Of a stretch of 42,482 bases of DNA, positions 1-7,830 are shown in pieces. How positions within the stretch are numbered: position 1 is the first letter of the stretch; each line of letters starts with the position of its first letter. The notes under the pieces are model-generated. The model saw only the letters and a list, made by a program, of their open reading frames with translations, had not been told where the DNA came from and searched no databases. The position numbers were made by a program, and so were the translations under genes. The stretch is from NCBI GenBank assembly GCA_002422225.1, contig DITX01000173.1, positions 7,593 to 50,074 of the forward strand, given 5' to 3'. This stretch comes from Gammaproteobacteria bacterium UBA6173 (GTDB taxonomy: Bacteria; Pseudomonadota; Gammaproteobacteria; Pseudomonadales; Pseudohongiellaceae).

Positions 1-15
1 GCCAGAACTGTAGTG

Positions 16-31
16 TGTGATGCAGTTCAAA
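16..31. promoter_or_regulatory. CRP/Vfr-like binding site upstream of yhfA
   Basis: TGTGA-tgcagt-TCAAA, one mismatch from TGTGA-N6-TCACA; yhfA is commonly divergent from crp/vfr, which would lie outside the window. Confidence 0.4.
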
Positions 32-70
32 GTTTGACAGGCTTTTTCTCGGTTTTGTTCAAGGTGGTGT

Positions 71-490
71 ATGAAAGCGACAGTACGTTGGGTTGATGGA
101 GCAATGTTTGTGGGCGAGTCAGGCAGTGGTCATGCTGTTGTGATGGATGGCCCCGAAAGCAGTGGCGGGCGCAATATGGGCTTACGTCCCATGGAAATGG
201 TGTTGATTGGCACGGGCGGATGCTCCTCGTTTGATGTAGTGAGTATTCTAAAAAAATCGCGCCAGGACATTACTGATTGTGTGGCGGAAGTTGAAGCCAC
301 GCGCGCCGATGCCACGCCCGCCGTATTTGAAAGCATTCATTTGCACTTTAAAGTCAGCGGCAAAGGACTTAGCGGAAAACAGGTTGAGCGCGCGGTCAGT
401 CTTTCTGCGGAAAAGTATTGTTCAGCCTCCATCATGTTGGCGGCAGGTGGTGTCAAAGTCACCCACAGCTTTGAAGTGATAGAAGTCTGA
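71..490 (+). CDS. yhfA: OsmC family protein (YhfA-like)
   Basis: GESGSGHAVVMDG, RPMEMVLIGTGGCSSFDVVSIL and SAEKYCSASIML motifs with the two OsmC cysteines. Confidence 0.9.
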   Translation: MKATVRWVDGAMFVGESGSGHAVVMDGPESSGGRNMGLRPMEMVLIGTGGCSSFDVVSILKKSRQDITDCVAEVEATRADATPAVFESIHLHFKVSGKGLSGKQVERAVSLSAEKYCSASIMLAAGGVKVTHSFEVIEV

Positions 491-512
491 TCAACGCTGA
501 CCGATTAGGGTA

Positions 513-1331
513 TCAAGCGCAGAGTAGTTGCAGGTCAATGCTTTTGAGCAGGAGTGTCAGGCTTAGCTGCGCAATGTCTTCTTGCGGAAAATTGCCTTCC
601 AGCTGCTCACATAGTTCAGCAAATGGATAATGCAATTGTATGCCGTGCAAAAACACCTGCATGGCTGGGTTGATGCGCTGAAACTGCATGCGGTGATTCA
701 CGCGGCGCACCAGGTAGTAAACCGACTGTGCGGGTTCATGCAGCGGCACCGAAAAGCCAGTTTCCCCAGGCACCGCAGATGGGTTAGCCAGATGCGTCTG
801 CATGAGTGTCCAATAGCCTTCGAGATCAAACCGGCTGTGCATCAAGGCCCAGTCCTGTTTGGCTCGAAAACGCATTGCAGGCCACTGCCCGACAGCCAAG
901 GCTTGCAACATGGGGCGAGTAAAAGTGGGCTCATCCGCCTTGTCAAATAAGCTGATCAGCAGACTTTCCAGCTCAATAATATCCAGCAAAGCGGGCAATT
1001 GTCCGAATTGTGCATGTTGTCTGGCAAATACCAGCAGATGCTCCCCCAGCAATCCCATCGGGCCTGGTCTGGGCGGGTAGGCTGCGATGTATTCCAGCCA
1101 GAGTCGGGTATAAACCTCATCACCCAGCGTGTGATAAAGCACTGGGTAAAGTTCTGATGAAATTTGAATCAGGCGTTGGTGGTAAGCGTTGTTATAGATC
1201 GCGACGGCTTCTACCTGACTGAGCGCTTGATGGGGCGCCATCAGGGCTTCAATAGCATGAGCGCTGTCGCGCAGATCCTGCGGTCTGGTCATCCAGTCCC
1301 AAAAGACCTGCTGCTCTTCTTGCCAGTTCAC
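513..1331 (-). CDS. MNIO partner protein (DUF2063/HvfC/BufC-like)
   Basis: N-terminal 'EAVAIYNNAYHQRLIQISSELYPVL...LGDEVY...YIAAYPP' DUF2063 pattern; GTG start overlaps the DUF692 stop codon. Confidence 0.8.
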   Translation of the reverse strand: MNWQEEQQVFWDWMTRPQDLRDSAHAIEALMAPHQALSQVEAVAIYNNAYHQRLIQISSELYPVLYHTLGDEVYTRLWLEYIAAYPPRPGPMGLLGEHLLVFARQHAQFGQLPALLDIIELESLLISLFDKADEPTFTRPMLQALAVGQWPAMRFRAKQDWALMHSRFDLEGYWTLMQTHLANPSAVPGETGFSVPLHEPAQSVYYLVRRVNHRMQFQRINPAMQVFLHGIQLHYPFAELCEQLEGNFPQEDIAQLSLTLLLKSIDLQLLCA

Positions 1332-2188
1332 ACCAAGGATCCCTGGAGGTGGTGCTGTTGCTGAGGTATTGTCGCCGGCCGGGACAAGGCCTCATGTTGT
1401 TTCTGGCGGGCCATTTCAAGCTCTGCCATCAGTTCGGGGAAGGGCGGAATGTGGTCATCACGCTCCAGCAAGGTGGCTGTAGGCCCGATGTGCCGGCACG
1501 CGTGCGCGTACAGGTCCCAGACCGGATCGCTGACCGGATGGTCATGGGTGTCAATGATGTGGTTGCCGTTGTGCGTATGCCCGGCCAGATGGAACTGCTG
1601 TATACAGTCCTGCTTCAGCGCTGAGATCTGAGCATACGGATCCTGGCCAAGATTAAAGCAGCTCACATAAACATTGTTGACGTCCAGCAGGATACGACAA
1701 CCGGTGCGCTCGCACAGTGCATTGATAAAATCCGCTTCACTCATGCTGGCCGAGCGGAATTGCAGGTACACGGAAGGATTTTCCAGTACCACCGTCTGCT
1801 GCAGGTAGTCCTGAATCTGAGAAACCTTGTCGGATACTTGCGACAGCGTTTCAGTATTGTAGGCAATGGGCAGCAGGTCGTGCGAGGTTTTGCCATGCAA
1901 ACCTGTCCAGCAGATGTGGTCAGAGACCCAGGCGGGCTCAACGTCTTTGATCAGTGCTTTGAGCTGGGCAAGGTAGTGCAGATCGGGCGCTTCATGACTG
2001 CCGATGTTAAACGACAATCCGTGTAGCACTACGGGGTAATGCGCACGGATTTTATGCAGGATGGCACGAGGCCGTCCGCCGGGTGCGAGATAGTTCTCGG
2101 TAATCAGCTCAAACCAGTCAACTGCGGGCTTGTGTTCCAGCACGTAGTCATAATGTGGGCTGCGCAGTCCGAGACCAAATCCCAGCAT
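1328..2188 (-). CDS. Multinuclear non-heme iron-dependent oxidative enzyme (MNIO, DUF692; BufB/HvfB/MbnB family)
   Basis: GFGLGLR, WFELITENY, HGLSFNIG, SDHICW, HDLLP, LENPS, LLDVNNVY, HLAGH, IDTH and LLERD motifs all intact. Confidence 0.95.
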   Translation of the reverse strand: MLGFGLGLRSPHYDYVLEHKPAVDWFELITENYLAPGGRPRAILHKIRAHYPVVLHGLSFNIGSHEAPDLHYLAQLKALIKDVEPAWVSDHICWTGLHGKTSHDLLPIAYNTETLSQVSDKVSQIQDYLQQTVVLENPSVYLQFRSASMSEADFINALCERTGCRILLDVNNVYVSCFNLGQDPYAQISALKQDCIQQFHLAGHTHNGNHIIDTHDHPVSDPVWDLYAHACRHIGPTATLLERDDHIPPFPELMAELEMARQKQHEALSRPATIPQQQHHLQGSLV

Positions 2189-2200
2189 GGTTACATCCTG

Positions 2201-2722
2201 TTAAAGGGATGACAGTGCGCTGCCACCCAGCTTTTCACACAATGATTTGGACAATTCTTCGCTGCCCGAGTACACACCTACAAATCCGATGCCGTGGCAG
2301 CTATTTTTACCGGCACACGCTGCATTGGAGTTGCCTTTGCATGCGCTCAGTCCAGCGCAGGTAAACACGTCATTGCAATAGGTGACGCTGACAGCAGTGT
2401 CGCCTAAGGTGAAATCAGGTTTTGCCGTCAGGCTGGCGGCTTGTGTGCCACCCAGCACTTGGCAAAGTGCTGCTGAAAACGCACCATTACCGCTGGTCAC
2501 CGCCACAAAACCAACGCCGTTGCAGCTGTTTGCGCCTGCGCCCGTGTCATTGCCAAAACCTTTGCAGGCACTTTGACCGGCTGCGGCGATACTCTGGCAA
2601 ACACTGATTTTGATGGGATCATCAGGGTTCGTCTGATTAACGTCGAGCGTTGCCATACTGGTGCCGGACATCAACAATGCCGCTGCAGCAGTTGCCAGAC
2701 TAAATCCATCGGTACGTTTCAT
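2201..2722 (-). CDS. Secreted Cys-rich RiPP precursor with two tandem bufferin-like domains (173 aa)
   Basis: AGGAG RBS before ATG at 2722; signal peptide MKRTDGFSLATAAAALLMSGTSMA; two repeats of C...AGxSACKG...AGxNSCxGxGFV...LCxxLGG; ends 12 bp upstream of DUF692. Confidence 0.85.
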   Translation of the reverse strand: MKRTDGFSLATAAAALLMSGTSMATLDVNQTNPDDPIKISVCQSIAAAGQSACKGFGNDTGAGANSCNGVGFVAVTSGNGAFSAALCQVLGGTQAASLTAKPDFTLGDTAVSVTYCNDVFTCAGLSACKGNSNAACAGKNSCHGIGFVGVYSGSEELSKSLCEKLGGSALSSL

Positions 2723-2989
2723 GCGGTTATTCTCCTGAACATTAACTAAGCTTTTTTGAACGATCACGCGTTGTGATCGATCCTGGGTGACTCCGGTGTG
2801 ATGAAAAGACCGGATTATGCAGGTTTTTATTGTGTGTCTGGCTGACTGAATGTTTGCTGAACAAAACTACTGACAGTTTTAGGGCTTATGCCTTTACTGA
2901 TGTCAGTAATTCTTGTTTCTGATACGGTGCCTGCCTAGGGTTGGATTATCCCACCCTGAAAGCGTAATACAAGGTGCTGCGTCAATTTG

Positions 2990-3634
2990 TCACAGCTTGG
3001 GTTGTTGGAGCAGCGCGATACGTGCCTGCAAACGATCAATGCGTAGTCGCAGTGCATCCAGACGATTGTTGGCTGAGACTGTTTCAGCGCGGGTTGGCAA
3101 CAATCCGGATTCTTCTTGCAGGTAATCCCGGATGTCCATTTTTAATGTCTGACCGGCATTGCGGGCAGCCGCTATGCCTGTATTGACTGAATTTGAAAGT
3201 GCAAAGACGCCATGGTCACCCAGTACCGGTTTGAGTATGGGAGCCAGTAAATCATCCCACCGAGTATCGGATGCACTGAGTGTTTTGTGGATTTTCTGGA
3301 TCAGATGCACATCGCCAGATAACGCGATGTCAGGATGATAAAGCGCTGCCGCCGGGTCGTCGCTGAACAGTAGTGCCGACAAAGCGCGAGCGCTGCCGGT
3401 GATACAGGCATCCACGCTATCGCTGGCGTTGCTGTGGATATGAAGTTTTTCAGGCGTGATGATGATTGTTAACTGCCAGGCTGGCTGGTGTTGCCCGGTG
3501 CCAGCCTGGGTGCAAACCAGCCTGAGGCTTTTGCCAGTGGCGATCTGATTGAGGCTACTCAGTAAATGAGGATCTTGTCGCAGCACTCCATTGAGGCCGG
3601 CTTCGATGATCTGGCTCACACCTGCCGACAGCAT
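2990..3634 (-). CDS. ubiJ: Ubiquinone biosynthesis accessory factor UbiJ (SCP2 domain)
   Basis: Starts 1 bp after the ubiE stop; 'DYLQEESGLLPTRAE...LDALRLRIDRLQARI' C-terminus; start reassigned to ATG 3634. Confidence 0.85.
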   Translation of the reverse strand: MLSAGVSQIIEAGLNGVLRQDPHLLSSLNQIATGKSLRLVCTQAGTGQHQPAWQLTIIITPEKLHIHSNASDSVDACITGSARALSALLFSDDPAAALYHPDIALSGDVHLIQKIHKTLSASDTRWDDLLAPILKPVLGDHGVFALSNSVNTGIAAARNAGQTLKMDIRDYLQEESGLLPTRAETVSANNRLDALRLRIDRLQARIALLQQPKL

Positions 3635-3635
3635 G

Positions 3636-4418
3636 TTATCGGTAACCCACATGGATGGCGCTGATACCGCCAATCATGTTGTGGTACTTGCAGTCCCTGA
3701 AACCAGCGTCTTGCATCATGGTCTTTAAGGTTTCCTGATCCGGGTGCATTCGAATCGACTCTACAAGATATTTATAGCTGTCAGAGTCTCCCGTCACCAC
3801 TTTTCCGGCCACCGGCCACAATGTAGAGAACGCATCGTAGGCCTTGCCGAGCAAGGGGTTAACGGGTTTTGAAAATTCCAGCACCAGAGCACGTCCGCCG
3901 GGTTTAAGCGTTCTGTACATGGATCGTAAGGCCTTGTCTTTGTCAGTGACGTTGCGTAAGCCATAAGCAATTACGATGCAATCAAAGGATTCATCCGCAA
4001 ACGGCAGGCTTTCGGCATTGACCTGGGCAATCTGTACATTGCCGGTAATGCCTTTATCAATCAGCCGATCGCGTCCCACCTTGAGCATGGAATTGTTGAT
4101 ATCAGCCAGTACAATTTGCCCAGTTGCGCCAACCAGTGGAGCAAAGCGCATGGAGAAGTCGCCGGTACCGCCCGCCAGGTCCAATACGGTATGCCCGGGG
4201 CGTACGCCGCTCAACTCAACGGTCAGTCGCTTGATGATGCGGTGCGTGCCGACTGAAATGAGGTCGTTCATCACATCGTATCGATTGGCAACGGAATGAA
4301 ACACCTGGCCTACGCGGCGTGTTTTTTCCGCCGGGCTGACCTGTTCATACCCAAAATGCGTGGTTGATTCGGCGCCGTGACTGTCTGATTGCTGCCCGGA
4401 ATCTGGAATGTTGCTCAT
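3636..4418 (-). CDS. ubiE: Ubiquinone/menaquinone C-methyltransferase
   Basis: [55 protein letters not shown]. Confidence 0.97.
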   Translation of the reverse strand: MSNIPDSGQQSDSHGAESTTHFGYEQVSPAEKTRRVGQVFHSVANRYDVMNDLISVGTHRIIKRLTVELSGVRPGHTVLDLAGGTGDFSMRFAPLVGATGQIVLADINNSMLKVGRDRLIDKGITGNVQIAQVNAESLPFADESFDCIVIAYGLRNVTDKDKALRSMYRTLKPGGRALVLEFSKPVNPLLGKAYDAFSTLWPVAGKVVTGDSDSYKYLVESIRMHPDQETLKTMMQDAGFRDCKYHNMIGGISAIHVGYR

Positions 4419-4480
4419 ATCGCCGCCGTGTGTTGCCGAAGTATCCGGCCTTGATGTTGGAAAAGAGGGAACCCGGCAGG

Positions 4481-4918
4481 TCAGGTGCTGCGGGAAGGGT
4501 CCACAATGTTAATGACTTGTATGCCGGCTGGCAACGCATCACGGCTTTTGCCGACAGTCGCCAGTCTATCAAGATAATCCTGCCACAGACTCTGTTGCTG
4601 CGTAGCCAGCTGGTAGAGATAGTCCCAACTGAAAATGCCTGAGTTATGGCCATCATCAAAGTCAAGGCGAATCGCATAGTTGCCCATGGATTCAAGGCCG
4701 GTCAAACCCACTTGGCGTTTGCCAGTCTGCAGGACTTCCTGGCCTTTGCCATGACCTTTTACGTCGGCAGAGGGTGAATAAACCCGCAAAAATTCTGCGG
4801 GTAACTCAAAAACTTGGCCGTCGGCATAAGTTAACTCCAGCAAGGCATTTTTGCGTCGCAGGCGAATGCCTGTCGGTTGTGGTGCGTTTGGCGAGCGGGC
4901 GATTTCGCTTGGACTCAT
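4481..4918 (-). CDS. DUF971 / gamma-butyrobetaine hydroxylase-like N-terminal domain protein
   Basis: [42 protein letters not shown]; usual position after hslU. Confidence 0.9.
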   Translation of the reverse strand: MSPSEIARSPNAPQPTGIRLRRKNALLELTYADGQVFELPAEFLRVYSPSADVKGHGKGQEVLQTGKRQVGLTGLESMGNYAIRLDFDDGHNSGIFSWDYLYQLATQQQSLWQDYLDRLATVGKSRDALPAGIQVINIVDPSRST

Positions 4919-6267
4919 TACAGGATGAACCGGCTGAGATCTTCATTACGTGCCAGATCGCCAAGTTGCTTCTCAACATACTCCGCATCAATGACCAGTT
5001 CTTTCTGATCACCAACCGCCAGATCGGATGCGCTAAAAGATACTTCTTCCAGCAAGCGTTCCATCACGGTGTGCAGGCGGCGAGCACCAATATTTTCGGT
5101 GCGCTCATTCACTTCCCAGGCGGTTTTTGCCAGCGACTTGATGCCTTCCGTGGTGAAACGGATATGCATGTTTTCGGTACTGAGCAGTGCGCGGTATTGT
5201 TCGGTCAACGAGGCATTGGGTTCGGTGAGGATGCGCTCGAAGTCTTCAGACGTCAACGCTTCGAGTTCAACACGGATCGGCAAGCGCCCTTGCAGCTCAG
5301 GAATCAGATCTGAAGGTTTGGACAGATGGAATGCACCGGAGGCAATAAACAGAATATGGTCGGTTTTTACGCTGCCGTATTTGGTGGTGACCGTTGAGCC
5401 TTCAATCAAAGGTAGCAGGTCGCGCTGCACGCCTTCGCGTGATACGCCGCTGTGACCGGATTGACCGCGTTCGGTAACCTTGTCAATTTCGTCAATAAAC
5501 ACAATGCCGGTCTGCTCTGTGGCTTCAACAGCAAGCGCCCTGAGTTCTTCCTCGTTGATCAGTTTGGAAGCTTCCTCTTCTCTGAGCAATCGCAAGGCGG
5601 CTTTCACCGGCATGCGCCGGGATCTTTTTTTTCCGTGCTGCATGGAGGAAAACATGGATTTGAGCTGGCTGGTCATTTCTTCCAGGCCGGGAGGCGCCAT
5701 GATCTCAACACCCCCCATGCCTTCACTGACACTGATTTCGATTTCTTTGTCATCCAGATTACCTTCGCGCAATTTTTTGCGGAACATCTGGCGAGTGGCT
5801 GATTGTGCATCATTACCGGATAACTCAGCTGCGGCATTGGGCACGCGCGGCGGTGGTGGCAACAATGCGTCCAGCACACGATCTTCGGCCGCTTCTTCAG
5901 CCCGGTGCTGAACTTTGCGAATCTGTTCTTCGCGTAACATTTTGACCGCAATCTCGACCAGGTCACGAATGATGGATTCCACATCGCGTCCCACGTAACC
6001 CACTTCGGTGAATTTGGTCGCTTCCACTTTGATAAACGGCGCGTTGGCGAGTTTAGCCAGACGTCGCGCTATTTCAGTTTTACCTACCCCGGTTGGGCCA
6101 ATCATCAGGATATTTTTGGGTGTGATTTCCTGGCGAATGTCGGCGCCAAGCTGCATACGTCGCCAGCGGTTGCGCAGTGCGATAGCAACGGCGCGTTTGG
6201 CAGCCTTTTGCCCCACAATATGTCGGTCAAGTTCAGAGGCGATCTCTCTGGGAGTCATCATGGTCAT
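4918..6267 (-). CDS. hslU: ATP-dependent protease ATPase subunit HslU
   Basis: [33 protein letters not shown]-terminal DLSRFIL; start reassigned to ATG 6267. Confidence 0.98.
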   Translation of the reverse strand: MTMMTPREIASELDRHIVGQKAAKRAVAIALRNRWRRMQLGADIRQEITPKNILMIGPTGVGKTEIARRLAKLANAPFIKVEATKFTEVGYVGRDVESIIRDLVEIAVKMLREEQIRKVQHRAEEAAEDRVLDALLPPPPRVPNAAAELSGNDAQSATRQMFRKKLREGNLDDKEIEISVSEGMGGVEIMAPPGLEEMTSQLKSMFSSMQHGKKRSRRMPVKAALRLLREEEASKLINEEELRALAVEATEQTGIVFIDEIDKVTERGQSGHSGVSREGVQRDLLPLIEGSTVTTKYGSVKTDHILFIASGAFHLSKPSDLIPELQGRLPIRVELEALTSEDFERILTEPNASLTEQYRALLSTENMHIRFTTEGIKSLAKTAWEVNERTENIGARRLHTVMERLLEEVSFSASDLAVGDQKELVIDAEYVEKQLGDLARNEDLSRFIL

Positions 6268-6301
6268 GCGTGTGTTTCCTGAAAAGTGGGGCTGCAACTG
6301 A

Positions 6302-6841
6302 TTAATATTCAAGTTCTTCGATAACATGCTGGTGGTTGGTGTAGACGCAGATATCCGCGGCAATCCCCAGACTTTTTTCGACAATCGAGCGCGCTTCCAT
6401 CTCGGTATTAAAATACAGAGCGCGTGCCGCGGACAGCGCAAAGGAGCCGCCAGAACCAATGGCCATCAAGCCGTCTTCAGGTTCAATGACGTCACCGTTG
6501 CCGGTGATGATGAGCGAGGCATCTTTGTCGGCAACCACTAACAAGGCTTCAAGCCGACGCAGAGAGCGTTCGGTGCGCCAGAGTTTTGCAAGCGATACGG
6601 CTGAGCGCACCAATTTGCCTTGATGTTTTTCGAGTTGCTCTTCAAAGCGTTCAAACAAGGTAAACGCGTCGGCTGTACCACCGGCAAATCCTGCCAGCAC
6701 CTGGTCTTTATACAGGCGTCGGACTTTGCGGGCATTGCCTTTAAGCACTGTATTGCCTTGAGAAACCTGACCGTCGCCGCCAATAACAATTTTATTGTTG
6801 CGACGCACAGATAAGATGGTGGTACCGCGAAACTGCTCCAA
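6302..6841 (-). CDS. hslV: ATP-dependent protease peptidase subunit HslV
   Basis: [40 protein letters not shown]; TTG start with AAGGAG RBS. Confidence 0.98.
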   Translation of the reverse strand: MEQFRGTTILSVRRNNKIVIGGDGQVSQGNTVLKGNARKVRRLYKDQVLAGFAGGTADAFTLFERFEEQLEKHQGKLVRSAVSLAKLWRTERSLRRLEALLVVADKDASLIITGNGDVIEPEDGLMAIGSGGSFALSAARALYFNTEMEARSIVEKSLGIAADICVYTNHQHVIEELEY

Positions 6842-6886
6842 TGCGCTTCTCCTTGGATGGAATAAACCGTGTGTCTTGCTTCAGGA

Positions 6887-6914
6887 ATATTGGGTCAGCC
6901 AGCCGGTGTTCAAG
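6887..6914 (-). promoter_or_regulatory. Sigma-32 (heat-shock) promoter for hslVU
   Basis: Minus strand CTTGAA-N14-CCCAATAT versus consensus CTTGAA-N13-17-CCCCATNT. Confidence 0.65.
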
Positions 6915-7764
6915 GCTGGCTGAGCGTAATTCTCATACTGTCGATGCTGTTGCTGCGCAGCACACGCTCGGCCTGCATCATGTCGTCACGCGAGGCGTAA
7001 GGACCGGCTTGCACCAGAAATAAGGTGCGACCAGGCAATGTTTCTTCCCGGATGCGCGCATTCAGCCCCAGCCCGAGTAACCTGCTGAGCTGTGAATTGG
7101 CGGTTTCTCTTTGCTGAAAAGCGCCAGCCTGCAACATATATGACGGGCCTGCCGTGGGCACTGGTGCCACCACTTGGTTAACGTCACCCGCGGCGGCAGG
7201 ACGATTGCTGATTTCGAGCAGGGCGGCAGAGACGGGATCAAGTGTGTTGCTGCTGGCGACCGCGTCGCTGGCGACGGGTTCTGTTGCCGGGCTTGGCGCA
7301 TCCGTGCCGGGATCTATGGTTTCAAGCACGGCGGTCTCGCTTTGTGCCTGAATGGGATCAGCGGTGGCGTTGATGCTTGCAGCAGTTGACGCAACTGGCG
7401 GTGGCGTTCTGGGCACTGAGCCACTGACTGGCGTGACATCCACCACCACTTCGTAGTTAGGCAGTTCCTGATAAAACTCCAGTTGCAGTCGCTGTGCTTC
7501 GCGTTGTTGTTCCTGAGTTATCCCGCCTGCGCTGTCTGCGCCGGTAATTTCTGGCGTGTCAATCTGACGATTATCAGGGGTAGCAGCCTGGCCGGGCGCG
7601 GGGGGCAGCGCACCAGACAGATAGACCAGTAAACCAATAAACAGGCCAACGGCAATACCTGTGATCAGTCCGGTCAGCAACAAGCCAAGGCTGGACGGTT
7701 GTGGCACGGCAGAAGGCTCGGCAAGCGGCGTGCGGATACGTCTTTTTGCAAAATCCTGATCCAT
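6910..7764 (-). CDS. SPOR domain cell-division protein (FtsN-like)
   Basis: N-terminal TM helix, LEFYQELP motif, low-complexity linker, SPOR domain (YMLQAGAF...VQAGPY); upstream of hslV. Confidence 0.85.
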   Translation of the reverse strand: MDQDFAKRRIRTPLAEPSAVPQPSSLGLLLTGLITGIAVGLFIGLLVYLSGALPPAPGQAATPDNRQIDTPEITGADSAGGITQEQQREAQRLQLEFYQELPNYEVVVDVTPVSGSVPRTPPPVASTAASINATADPIQAQSETAVLETIDPGTDAPSPATEPVASDAVASSNTLDPVSAALLEISNRPAAAGDVNQVVAPVPTAGPSYMLQAGAFQQRETANSQLSRLLGLGLNARIREETLPGRTLFLVQAGPYASRDDMMQAERVLRSNSIDSMRITLSQP

Positions 7765-7830
7765 GTAGCGGAATATCCTGAATGTGGCTGTTGGTCACTC
7801 AAGGTTGCAGATAATACACGCATCAGCGCC

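Noticed and set aside
71-490. OsmC protein as part of the RiPP cluster
   Set aside because: Convergent orientation, and yhfA is a widespread core gene normally linked to crp
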